64,000 bases of DNA from positions 11,544,894-11,608,893 of the forward strand of contig CM082589.2 of assembly GCA_040954595.2 (NCBI GenBank), given 5' to 3'. The translations under genes were made by a program, and so were the position numbers. This DNA comes from Balanoglossus misakiensis (lineage: Eukaryota; Animalia; Hemichordata). Positions 13,486-25,739 of this stretch are shown here, in pieces. The notes under the pieces were generated by a model. The model was not told the DNA's origin. It saw only the letters and a program-made list of their open reading frames with translations, and did no database searches. Within the stretch, counting starts at the first letter, position 1; each line of letters opens with the position of its first letter.

Positions 13486-13686
13486 CTGAACATCCAGGGA
13501 AGGTGAATTCCTCGTCTGGATTCTCAGGATTAAAAGATCCTTCACTATGGCAGAGATAGTAAGGTGCTGGCAGGCTTGCAAACTTGTACCCTGGTAAACA
13601 ATCCACCTGACAGAACACACCCGACTCAAACTCATTACAGATGGAAATACCTTTAACTGGTGGTGCTGGCTTTTCACAATCAAATG
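13486..13686 (-). CDS. Sushi/CCP-like exon (acceptor reads AT)
   Basis: FDCEKPAPPVKGISICNEFESGVFCQVDCLPGYKFASLPAPYYLCHSEGSFNPENPDEEFTFPGCS; the polypyrimidine tract ends ttttacAT. Confidence 0.82.
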
Positions 13687-14398
13687 ATGTAAAAGAAAGG
13701 AGAACACAGTTTATTTGTCTATATATATATTTTTAATTTTATTTCATCTATCATCCAACAGGCAAATACTACCCAAATGTCTGTGTCTCATATATCATCC
13801 AACAGGCAAATACTACCCAAATGTCCTGGTCTAGGTAACGAACCCACAACCCTAGCCACTAGGGCACAATGCCTCTTTTACCAGGTTCACACAGGGTAAA
13901 ATTTGAGACACTATTTGCCAGTGCTAACCACAGAGCATTAATCCTTTGAGTCATGTTGTGTCCACACACACAAAGTTTATGTATGGGCGCTGAGGCTCGG
14001 CCCCATAGACAATGGGTTGCGGAGAGGTGTTAATCCTTACACCGGCTCAGGTCTGGCTGGCAGAGCCGTCTAAAATCTGAGACGTTTCAGGACCACTTAC
14101 ACCGTCCACACATGTTTTTTTAAGACAGTATCAATTCTGAGATGCTTCAGAACTGTCTTAATGGTGTATGTGTGACACCCATATTTATTACACAGTCAAA
14201 TCTTTTAAACAGAACACCAACACATTAACATGTTTCTATGTAAAAGGGACTAGGAAAAGCTGTTGGTTGAAGAGAGGTTTCCCGATTAGACAGGGTTTGT
14301 TTTAGACGGGTTTGAGTGTCCTTGTATGTTCTGAATGATGTTGTTATAATTTTTGATAGTTACATAGGGACAAAAGTGATAATGATGCAATCATATTA

Positions 14399-14588
14399 CT
14401 GTAAAACGGCAAATTTTCCCAAACTTCGGCAAAAAAGAAGAAGAAGATAAAGTCGCATAAAATGTTTTTCAGAGATAACAGAGTAGTTAGTAAAATACTA
14501 GAATGCGGAAATTTAATTCTCGTGTCACAGTTGCCTCTTTTGATATATTGCAAAATATTTTCTGTCACGAAAATGTCCCGTTTTACAG
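14399..14588. mobile_element. Tc1/mariner-type MITE (TA TSD), related to 12331-12538
   Basis: TA-CTGTAAAACGGCAAATTTTC ... GAAAATGTCCCGTTTTACAG-TA. Confidence 0.7.
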
Positions 14589-14685
14589 TATGTGACAAGA
14601 CATAACAAGGGGTAGAGATGACAATTTGTCAAGATATTAATTAATTTGTAAAGTTTATGTAGGAATGATAAAAAAATTCACTCAC

Positions 14686-14781
14686 GCAGTACATAGAGTA
14701 AAAAGTTGCACTGTGCATTGTTGCCAGCTGTATCTGAAGCAACATAGCTGATCTGGTAGGTTCCCCAGGAAAAGGTGTCAC
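14686..14781 (-). CDS. HYR domain, second half
   Basis: GDTFSWGTYQISYVASDTAGNNAQCNFLLYVL (HYR signature Y.A.D.AGN.A.C.F); this frame is not in the ORF track. Confidence 0.88.
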
Positions 14782-15484
14782 CTGTAAGAACAAAATTATG
14801 CACATCATTACAGGCATGGGTGCTAAAGCCAAAATAGCTTCCGTTTCTTGAATGTTTGTCATGATTTTCTATTCAAACTTAGAATGGTCCATTTAAGTGA
14901 GCTATCTGGTGGGTATACACAGGCATATTATCAACTCCTGATTGTGACTGTACATATAAACATGAACAAGATATGTATACTAAACAGATATGGTGCCGCA
15001 CACGTTTATTCAACTGCCCATTGTAAGAGAACACAACATTTGTGGTATGGGTATCCCCAGTAGTAGTGGAGAATATTAAGTACTTTACTGATTAAAGGCC
15101 TTGCTCAACAGTTGGTCAAATCTTTTGTTTCCAATAAACAATTACGTGCAAACACAAATGCTTTCGAGTTTTAACTTCATTGTACTGCCCTGGGATCGAG
15201 GAAAGGGCCTATAAACATATGGTAATAGTATCAGCAATTGAGGCTTTAATACTTGGAAGCAAGATCATCTGTCGCACATAGGATGTGCTAGCCATATATG
15301 AGTAACGGCCACAAGAATAAACTGTACCAGTATGCTTCATACTGACAATAATCTTAGGAAAGTTGTCTCAGCTTGTTGGTTTCTGTTTAGATCAACTCCC
15401 CACCCCACCCCGATAAAAAAACTTAGTTAGTGTGAATGTTATATATTATCTATAATCAGAAATGATATTTTATAGGAAACTTAC

Positions 15485-15625
15485 CCATTGTGTAGGTTTG
15501 TGTCACATTGGCAATGGCGACATCATCTGTAAATATAGGCTCCTGCCATACTCCTGTTGTCAAGCTATTAGGACTAATTATACGGGTCGTATTGGGACAG
15601 TAAATGACTTCAGGAGCGTGTTTAT
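15485..15625 (-). CDS. HYR domain, first half
   Basis: DKHAPEVIYCPNTTRIISPNSLTTGVWQEPIFTDDVAIANVTQTYTM. Confidence 0.88.
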
Positions 15626-15924
15626 CTGAAGAAAAAAAATGAAAGAATAACAAATGTTTGTAAATTAAACAACTGGTCCACACCCCATATGCATACACTG
15701 GTACATTTAGGTAAATGCACTACTAGATGTTAATATCTGTCACATATTCATGAGAAATCCAGATATTGTTAAGTGCTTGTTTTCTGATACATGTGAATAG
15801 ACTAGATCACTGTCAAGAAACACTACAAGATAGGACAGGAGTCATGAGATGGTATCCATAGGCATAATAACTGATATGATCAATTACACTCATGATAAGC
15901 CTAGTTCTTGGAACAGCAGAAACT

Positions 15925-16030
15925 GATGATGATGATGGTGATGATGATGACGATGATGATGATGATGGTGGTGGTGGTGGTGGTGGTGGTGGTGATGATG
16001 ATTATGATGATGATGATGGTGATAGTGGTT
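15925..16030. repeat. (GAT)n/(GGT)n microsatellite
   Basis: Direct reading. Confidence 0.95.
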
Positions 16031-16371
16031 GTGAATAGTATCATTACATTCAGTGTTAAATACATGTACGGTAGAAACAAAAAGAGTGAGCGATACAGGC
16101 ATGGGCAGATGATGATTCCCTATACTTCCTAAAGTAGGGAGATTGCAGGCTGTGTGATTGGAGTACAACACACAGCAGCTAGGGGCTGGTGAATGTACAC
16201 AGGAAAAACTACTCAAAATTTCACACAGTTTTCCCTGGACAGACACAACATTACAAGGAGAGCTGTGTTAAAGTAAGGATTTAGGATTAATCAACTCTGT
16301 GAATATGACCCAATTTCTCCTCGTCAGATTATGCATAAAATTGTTTGATAGTAATGAATAAGGCTATTTAC

Positions 16372-16658
16372 CAACAGGTGTGCATGGTGAACCAGAGTAA
16401 CCAATTGGGCACCTGGTACTTCCACAAGCTGATGGCTGGATTTTGACCACACTACCCAATAACTCTTGATCCATTTCAACCCACATGACATGATTGCCAA
16501 GTGGACTTTGTGAACAGTTCAAAGCCAGACTCTGGATTTCAACAGGAGTCAATACATAATCGTATACATTCATCTGTGTAACATCACCATGGAAGCTAAA
16601 ATAGTTGTCAAGGAGTCCATTTTCGTCATAGCTTTGACCAAGAATTACCATACAGCTG
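16372..16658 (-). CDS. Pentraxin/LamG C-terminal half plus EGF exon
   Basis: VILGQSYD...SFHGDVTQMNVYDYVLTPVEIQSLALNC...GNHVMW (pentraxin pattern), then CPIGYSGSPC. Confidence 0.85.
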
Positions 16659-17528
16659 CTGAAAAACTAATTAAATATTCACGAGCCACTGCACGTCTAC
16701 TCATTGGCCCCTATCACCCTACCAAGTTTCAGCCCCCTAGGTGCAGCGGTTTTCCAGATCTAACTGGCCGAATTTCTCGGAAGAAGAAGAAGAAGAAGAA
16801 TTAAAGCTGCGAGCAGCATTGTCGGGCCCAAGCGCTGATCTTGAATTATATATGCACAGTATGAATGAGAAGAAACAGAATTTTCTATCAGATGTATTAT
16901 CTCATGACATAACAAGGATGTGTGTATTTTTGCTGCTGAAATAGGGTGAAGTAGGTCAAAGGTCACCTGAGGTCACCCAACATTTGTGCATTTTTTTTTT
17001 ACCCATACTGGTCCATGTCCAACAAAAACCAAAACTCTAGCTCTATTGGTTCGCCTGTAATTAGGTATGTGCATAATTAATGAGGTCAGCAGAGGTCAAA
17101 GGGGTCATGAAAAGTAGCAAAATATTTTGATCACACACTAATCCACATTCATCAAAAACCAAACCTCTAGCCCTATAGGTTAGCCTGGAATTAGATATGC
17201 AGAAATAATAACGCATGATAATTAGGTCAAAGGTCATGTGAAAAATCGCCAAAAAATTGTTATATATTTTAGTCACATGACGATTGATATCCATAAAATT
17301 AATTTGTATGCTATCAATTTTTGGACTAGAAAAAGGAATTTCAATTTTTCTCTGTTTTTTACAAAATCCAATATGGCCACCATAATCTTCGACCAATCAC
17401 AATGCTCTTTGCAAACTTGATAGACATCAGTGTAGTGACCATACTCCCCGAATCTTGCGACTCAGTCATCGCTCGTTCTGGAGAAGAAGATTTTTGGAGT
17501 TTAACTATGGTTTTACGAAAAACCAATA

Positions 17529-19550
17529 AACCCGCTGTACCTCCGCATGTCTCCACAAGAGCTAGGCGCTCAAAATCGGTCGGACGCAGACCAGCGGTCT
17601 GTCAGGTGTAGTAACCGTAACACCAATAAAGGTAGGTTTTCATTGATTCTAATAGGTCTCCGTTCATCAACATTTCAAATATTCTCCATAATCCAGTAGT
17701 TGCCACTGTACTTGAATGAAATATTTCCTTTCAAACTTCCAAATGGTAACCGAATCTCAAATCGCAAATCTTTCCATTTTAATAACGAAGTCGGATGCCG
17801 AAATTACCAACTCACTTTTTCTATCGGACTCCATCATTCTAATACTTTATTTCAATGTTCAAAAATTGTGTAAAACAATATCCACTCTCAATCTATATTT
17901 CAGGTTTAACGGCGTAATGGCATCCCCGGCCTTTGCTCTATCATAGAGGCAAATGGTATTATCTCTTCCAGTGGAAAAGTTGCGGAGCTGTACGTATTCT
18001 CCCTTCTGTAATCTGTTCAGCCACTTCGGATTTTCTTTCCAGAATTTAAGTTCCAGAACGTTGCCATCGTGCTGCATACAAGGCACGCTAAACAGTTTCC
18101 CGTTGGCGGAATTCCGGATCTCGACATCCTCCATGACGCGCAATTTCACAGCCAGGCCTTGGCTGGTTGCAGATGATGGAGCTAAGGTACGTAACAATCG
18201 CACCCCGAAACGCCTGGGCCCTTTTTTGTGTGTAGTCATTGTGGGTATGTTAACCTCCCATGTCCTACATTTTTAGATATTTAGTATACAAAACTGGATG
18301 ACCGATTATGTTTTAGAGACCTTTCCCGAATCCACCTGAAGCCCAGTCGGAATGTCTTGGGATGTAACCTAAATTCAATATGGCCGCCTCCATGCGTTCA
18401 CTTGCATTTGAAAATACGTTGATTTTATCGTCGATTAGCGGTGTTTATTCTCAGTATCAATTTAAACGCGGCACTCGCTTACAAGTCATATTCTAGAAAG
18501 AAAGAAAAAATGATAGTTTCGAGTACAGATTACATGTATTTTAAAACGAGGTTTGGTAACAATGGTATCACTACTAAATGACTTACAATCGATGTTTTTA
18601 ATTGTCTTTGCACCACAGTATGAATCCGGTGATGGTAAATCGCATTCAACTTAGAAGGCATGGAGAAAGCGCAACTGATGGTAACTGGGATGCCAAACTG
18701 AAACTTTTGGGAGAGAAAACCTTGCCATGTATGGACGTGGGTGTCACAGTTAAACTTGGGTTAAATACTACAGCGACAACCGAAGTCCCCTTGAGATATG
18801 ATATGTGGTAGTGCATGTCCACATGAGTGCCATGTACTAGCCTCTCTCTCTGTAAATCCATCCAGGCTACTGCTTTCTGTACATTGGAGAGAAATGAGAA
18901 CAAGATGGTTAAATCATATTTTGTATAAGTTGGTGTTGACGAAAATAAGATGCATGTGAATTGTAGGACTGAAATGTTTCTGTAATGAATACTAAATTAA
19001 AAGTTCACAACTTGCATGCAGATAGTAAGTGCTGGGGAAGTTGCAGGGTGGAGATTGCTTTGGTTTAGTTAACTTACTCAATCTTTGTGACTGTTGCATT
19101 TCTTGATTGATAGAGTAGTGTACATGCATTGGCAGGTTTTCTAATATGGCCTCCTCTGTACCCAAGGTCTGGCATAAGGTGGGACACTGTAAGTATTTGC
19201 CGTCTGACACAGAAGATGCCACTTCTAGAAAAAAATAAAAAGGACAGAATGTGATTGGTAAGACACAGAGACGTGAACATGTACACAAAATGATTGGAAA
19301 TTGGTGGAAGCAAGTACTGCAGTTAATATTTACTCATCTATGTCTATTCCCTCAAATATCCCTTCTACCATATCATCACCATTTGGTTCTTTTAACACCT
19401 TAGGGAAAAATTGAGAGTTACATTAGAAGCACCGACAATAGGAGGGGGGGGGGGGGGTAAGGTTTGCAGAGAACAGGTTTTTTTTATGAACATTTGTGAA
19501 AATCAGAAATTAGTGACATGTAGGATTTCAATTTTATGATGTAACATTGT
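17529..19550 (+). pseudogene. OB-fold (RPA/SSB-like) gene relic, copy 1, with two internal inversions
   Basis: 5' region matches 34025-34425; first coding exon inverted (17931-18183); degenerate exon 3 at about 18619-18790; downstream exons lie inverted in 18802-19550. Confidence 0.7.
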
Positions 19551-20590
19551 TTTCTTTTCAACATCAGTTCTCTGAGTAAAAAGATGGCCATGTAAATTTT
19601 CTCTAAGTTTGTTAGAGAAATAAAGTACATGTACAACTTTAGTGTTTCACTAATTGAGTTTCAGTGTTCTTGTATTGTCTCCTTTGCCCCATGTCAACCT
19701 CAAAGTAAATATCAAATTTGCCATTTTTGACTTATTTATCCTTGTAGTGGGCCACATAGCATTTTAGTGCAACTTATGAAAATCTGAAGAACCAAATGCC
19801 TAATTTACCCACTCTGCACAGATTTATTTCAATGGTACTGACTTGATGATCGGTATAGCGCCCTCTGTGGTAGGGGGTGGGGGGTTAACCTAGCCTTTAT
19901 ATGTTTATCCCTGTCCGGTTTCATTCCAATTGTATCTATGGTAACCTTATTATCAGCAGTAAATGCCACAATTGTAAAACAGCAATAATTTTAGTATCAA
20001 GCACTCTGTGGAATTAAATATACCCTGTGTATTCTTTGTTTCCCATTAGTAATCATGCAACCTTGCCATTTTGGGCCTTCTGATTTGCTGTATGTGCTCA
20101 CTAGTCCTTCCCAACGTCTCTGAATTAGAAGGCCATTGTCATTTGTATAGTGTAGACACATTTCATTTTAGTACAACTGATGAAAGTCTCGTGAAAAACC
20201 AAATGCTTAATTTACCCACTGTGCAAAGATTATCTGAATGATATTGTGTTGATCGTCATATAGTATAGCGCCCTCTGCGATAGTATTTGGATGATTGTGC
20301 CAGGGAGAAGGGGGTACTGAGGGAGCAGATGCAGATGACAGCAAGGCATATCCACTGAACAATGAGACGGTACGTGTTGTCAGCATTCAGGGAGAGTAAA
20401 AAGGGGAGCGCAAGAGACCAGGATGAAGAGACGAGCAGTATTGCATCATCTGTGGAAAAAAATGCCAAGAGAAGGTAAGTGTGGAAGACAAGCACTTAGG
20501 GGTTATAAACAAATGTTTTTTTGTCGACAGTTTTAGTATCAAGCATTGTGGAATTAAATATACACAGTGTGTGTTGTGTGTTAGATAGGT

Positions 20591-21005
20591 ACATACATAC
20601 ATACATACATACATACATACATACATACATACATACATACATACATACATACATACATACATACATGCATACATACATACATACATGCATGCATACATGC
20701 ATACATACATACATGCATACATGCATACATGCATGCATACATGCATACATACATGCATACATGCATACATACATGCATACATACATGCATACATACATGC
20801 ATACATACATGCATACATACATGCATACATACATGCATGCATGCATACATACATGCATGCATGCATACATACATACATACATACATACATACATACATAC
20901 ATACATACATACATACATACATACATACATGCATACATGCATGCATACATACATGCATACATACATGCATACATACATGCATGCATACATACATGCATAC
21001 ATACA
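20591..21005. repeat. (TACA)n/(TGCA) microsatellite
   Basis: Direct reading; it produces the spurious MYVC/HTYI ORFs. Confidence 0.97.
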
Positions 21006-21042
21006 TGGAAAACACACAGCAAATGGACTCCTTTTTTTATCA

Positions 21043-21113
21043 TCCTCACCAGGAATCGAACCAGGATCCCTTATCACAAAGTGACAAGTGTGTTAACCAT
21101 TACACCATGAGGA
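21043..21113 (-). ncRNA. tRNA(Gln)-like element (pseudo-tRNA or SINE head)
   Basis: TCCTCATGGTGTAATGGTTAACAC...GGTTCGATTCCTGGTGAGGA: A and B boxes, paired acceptor stem, D arm like tRNA-Gln, enlarged anticodon loop. Confidence 0.6.
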
Positions 21114-21326
21114 TTGTTTTATCTCCACTAACTGCCAACACACTGTCCAATTGCACATTCACTCACTGACATATTCAACACACCAGTTTTTTTATTTCAA
21201 TAAAAATTCACAAATGCATGTGAGAAATAACAGAGAGTCAGAAATTGGCATCCACAGGAGTTACTGCATTGCTATATGGTATTATAGAGCAGCCAATGCA
21301 GTCTAACACTTTTATTAGCTTATTAA

Positions 21327-21628
21327 AGGCAGAAAGTCTCTTTGCTGCCCTTTTTTAATAATTATGTGTGATACAAGAGACTGTTAATGTGGATATATAG
21401 TGAATCAACGTTCGACCACACACAGCTTCCATCACGTTTGTAGGATATGACAGTAAAAACTCGCCCAAAATGAATAAATGGTAAAGACCAATTATTCATT
21501 TTGGCAAGATTTTTCACTCTCGTGACTACAAGCAGTGTGTGTTGTTGAATGTTGATTCACTATATATCCACATGTACATTAACATAAATGGTGTCTTGCA
21601 TCAAACATAATTAATGGAAAAGGGTCCC
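21327..21628. mobile_element. Palindromic TTAA-flanked MITE (Kolobok-like); fragments also at about 9345-9450 and 11620-11770
   Basis: TTAAAGG...CCTTTAA ends; arm ATGTGGATATATAGTGAATCAAC and its reverse complement; central hairpin CCAAAATGAATAA / TTATTCATTTTGG. Confidence 0.65.
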
Positions 21629-22879
21629 TTTAATTTATATACTTATCAAATTGTAAGCTAACCAATATGGTTAGAAGTCCGATTTGCTTGGACGTGAACC
21701 AATATGATCTATCAAAATTTTCTGGTAAAAGTTTGAGTAACTATAACGTGTGCTTTCACCTTTTTTCATCATGTTGCTTGGGCCCTGACAATGCTGCTTT
21801 ATAGCTACTACAGGATTAGATTACTTCCATTTGGCAGTAGCATATAAGTGTAATGGTGTAGAAAGTTTATCCTGTTTACTGGAAGAGGAATTGCAAGAGA
21901 AACCATGTGTTATAAAAAAAAAATAGAAGATATTAAATAGCCTTAGTAAACATTTCCCAGAAACATTTCAATGAACAGTTACCATAATGTACTTTACATT
22001 AGAGTCAGAGGTGACTAAAAGGCTAATATTGTCATTTGTGAAATGTACACAATTGTATTTATATTGTCGGTGAACTGTTTAGCTGTGTTGTCAGTTATGT
22101 TGAGCTTATTAGATTGGGTGATTGTCTTATTGGGTGAGTGGTGTCACTGTCTGTCACTTTTCTTTACTGAAACCACGGGGCCAATTACTTTGAAATTTAG
22201 TATGCAGGTTCCTAGGGTGAAGTTGGTAGAGTTTATGTAAATTGTGGTGAAATGTGTAATTTTTGATCAATTTTAGTTGTGTTTAGTTAAATTCTTTGTA
22301 CAATTACTTTGAAATTTAGTGTGTAGGTCCTTGGGGTTGATTTTACTGGAATTTGCTCAATTTGTGACAGAATGTGGAATATGTTATTTCGGAAGCAATT
22401 GCTTGTTTGGTCTTTTTTATTTCATAAACCAGATACTGTGATTGTTTTTCTGTTCTTTTTTGTATGTGTGTCTATTTTCACAATTGAAATAAATTAATAT
22501 AAGGCTATATAAAATAAATTGGTGTTTTATGCTTTTTGTGTAAGTATGAATGTATGTATGTGTGTAAAAAGATTGATATTGTTTGTATGGTTGATATCAG
22601 ATATCATATGTCTTATAGTGAGAAAGAAACCACTACACAATCCCTAGTAGTATTTGTGGTAATATATCTGTTTTGAGAATATAGCCCATTAGTATATTGT
22701 AGTCTTTGTACAACTTTTCTTCAAAATGTGTTATATGAACAAATAAAATATGGCAAGAAGATGAATTGTTTCGAAGAATGAATCATAATAAACAGTAGAA
22801 TTTGGTCAATTTTTGTTCAGGCATAAAGAAATAGCTTGTACATGAGCTTGCACGACGGTATTTGGTCAATACAGGGCGC

Positions 22880-22924
22880 ATGTATGTATGTATGTATGTA
22901 TGTATGTATGTATGTATCTTTGTA

Positions 22925-23003
<79 letters not shown>

Positions 23004-23006
23004 ATG

Positions 23007-23038
<32 letters not shown>

Positions 23039-23060
23039 CATGCATGCATGCATGTATGTA
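22880..23060. repeat. (TGTA)n/(TG)n microsatellite
   Basis: Direct reading. Confidence 0.97.
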
Positions 23061-25509
23061 CCTATCTAACACACAACACACACTGTGTATATTTGTTGGG
23101 CATTTTGGTTTTCTACCACATATCTCAGTAGTTTCCATGCCATAGTGACTCTTCAGTTTTACATAATGATATCCAATATAACCCAATCTACTATTAATGC
23201 GATTTTTTTTTCATTTTGATTGTGGAAATGGTTAAAAATGAAAAACATCCGAATTTGTACTTTAATAAATATAAGCTATATAGTATTTTAAAATGGTCAT
23301 AAATTTATGTTAACATGGCAAAACATGTTTTAGTGTTTATGTATACTTGTTTAATATAGAGAAATAATTGTACAAATAAAATGACAACTTACTTTTGCTT
23401 TTAAAAATAATTAAAAATGGTAATGTTTCTTGAGTTATACCAGGGTTTCTAGAATATAGAGGGTGCTGGCACGGGAACATTTGATGGTTGTCCCCAATAC
23501 AACATTCTGGTATCATGTTTTATCATCTGTGGACATTTGGCAGCGATATCCAACAGGATGTGCATAAAATCCCGAGAAGGTCTTCTCGTTGTATTGCTTC
23601 TTGAGATATTGAAACTGTCTTGAATCCCAACGCGAATGTGATGGTGATGCGTATGTTGTTGCACGTAGTCACATCCGAAAACGAATCAAGTGCTCTTGTT
23701 GTTCAGCAGCTGAATATAGGTTAGTGGGATATGTGTATATTCTCGTGGTTATTTTTAAATGAGTATAAATGACAGAATCGGTGGTTTGAACGTGTAAGAG
23801 TTGATGGTATTGGTTATGTAGTTGTGTTTTATCCAATGGTAGTGTGATTTTAATTGTGTATGAGGCGATGGCAGTTTTGTCAGGCGTATTTTATTTTCGT
23901 GTCGAGCGACATCCAATATGGCGGTTGTCGTTATATACTGAAAGGGTTTCGTTTGTATGCATGTTTTGGCAAATTGTATATATGTTAAGATGGTGAAGTT
24001 TGCTTGAAGGAATAGAAACATCAGAGGCTGGGTACATCGGAGTTTCTATTTCATTCCATACAAGTTGAAATTAAGCTTATTTTTGGAGTGTATACAGGTA
24101 CATATGATTATTTAGAAACGGTTTTAGGCAAGCGAATCTGCTGAATTCGGGCGATCGGTCTTGTATCGTGTGTATGAAACGTACAAGCAGTGGTAGGATA
24201 TTATTTTGGGATGTGTACTTCAATAGTTTCCATGTCTCTTATATGTATTTGTCAAAAAATAAACAGTAGTAAAAATGGATTGTATTTTCCATTATTTTTT
24301 CTGTTAATATTGTATGTTTACATGACCAAAAGCCTTAAGGTTTTCATTGGAATTTATATCAGGGTAATCAATTTGTTTTTGATAATTATTTGCTTCAAAT
24401 ATGGAACAATCTGTGTGAGTACATAACAGAAACATTGCTAGATAATTTGACATTTGAATTGTTCGTAAGAATGTGAGGACAAGCATAGAATTGGCCAAAT
24501 TATGCTGGTGACCACTCTGTTTAGTGTGTATGCTTTCTAGTCGTGACAGGCATGTTAAAAACATAGACAATGAAATCTGGTTGGAGCATGAAAAGTAGAG
24601 TTGACTTGTTAACATATTTTGATGCCATGAAACCATTTTGTGGACAGGACAATTTATGTGACCAAGAATTGATTTTCTGAATATCACAAGGTTGATAGTG
24701 AATTCATTGTAATTTGTTGTCCTGTTTAAGTAGTGGGGTTATTGTAAAAAAATCATCATTCGCTATCTTGTACTTGGAGTGATGTCATCTCGACATTGAT
24801 ACATTATGGCTATTGAGAGGTGTGTGTTATGCAGGCAAGTGTATATCTTGATGTACTTGTTTAAATACACAATTATACTTAATGATTTAATTTAAAAGTT
24901 TTGTTTATTTTCTTGACAGTTTTGGCTACCAAAGAGTTCTCAAGGTGAGTGTTGGTGTACATCAGTGCAAAGTATCATGTACAAACTAAGAGATCAACAC
25001 ACTCAAATGTGTATTGTGTCGTGTACGAATTAGTTTCGTAAATCATTTGTAGATAACGTGTTTAGTTTTGTGGTAAGTGACACTGAGGTTTCAGATCGGA
25101 TAGGATGATTGTCCAGTGCCATGCATTGTGTGTTAACATGTGAAAGCACTAGCCTAATTTGTTTGAAATTTGGTATTCAGGGATGATGTAAGAAAAAATA
25201 ATTTTAACAGTTCATAGAATCAGTGTTTATTAATACTTCAAAAAGGTATGTGACTTGAATGTGTGCAGTACATCATTGTGCTATGTGGTGTTAACACCAT
25301 TGAATAGTGCCATTACTTACAGCAATCTTACAGCAATGGCTTCAGTAAAACATTGAGTATGATTTGTGTGATTCCTGATACCCCTGTCTTGTCATTTGTG
25401 ATGTTTTACTGTGTACTTTTTGAAATAAAGAAACTGGTGTGTTAGTTGAATATGTCAGTGAGTGAATGTGCAATTGGACAGTGTGTTGGCAGTTAGTGGA
25501 GATAAAAAA

Positions 25510-25580
25510 TTCTCATGGTGTAATGGTTAACACACTTGTCACTTTGTGATAAGAGATCCAGGTTCGATTCCTGGTGGGGA
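25510..25580 (+). ncRNA. tRNA(Gln)-like element, inverted partner of 21043-21113
   Basis: TGGTGTAATGGTTAACAC A box; CCAGG-TTCGATT-CCTGG T arm. Confidence 0.6.
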
Positions 25581-25739
25581 TGATGAAAAAAAGAGTCCAT
25601 TAGCTGTGTGCTTGAGTATGAGTGTAATATATGTATGTACGTATTTATGCATGTATGTAGCCAGCAAACACACAAAACATATTGTGTATATTCAATTCCA
25701 TACAGTGTTTGATAATAAATATGTTGCTGTTTTACAATT

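Larger units (their letters stand above)
8129..16658 (-). pseudogene. 3' part (13 exons) of an SVEP1/Uninflatable-like single-pass membrane protein, apparently disrupted
   Basis: Exons chain with mostly matching intron phases: pentraxin end+EGF, HYR (2 exons), sushi, RRKR furin-site region, GCC2/3 Cys repeats, cbEGF, EGF, TM, NPxY tail. In-frame TAG at 11053-11055 and AT instead of AG acceptor at 13687-13688. Confidence 0.75.

Noticed and set aside
15890-16246. Poly-His ORF
   Set aside because: Intronic trinucleotide microsatellite.
17716-18276. ORF-track proteins starting MKYFLSN or MTTHKKG
   Set aside because: They read through introns and inversion junctions; only the exon part is coding-like. 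The same holds for the N-terminus of 34211-34735.
20178-20200. Hammerhead ribozyme core CTGATGA...GAAA
   Set aside because: No convincing stem II, and the satellite homologues lack GAAA.
20387-21169. Long ORFs on both strands (MYVC/HTYI repeats)
   Set aside because: Translation artefacts of a stop-free tetranucleotide microsatellite; the same applies to 22783-23186 and 60178-60455.
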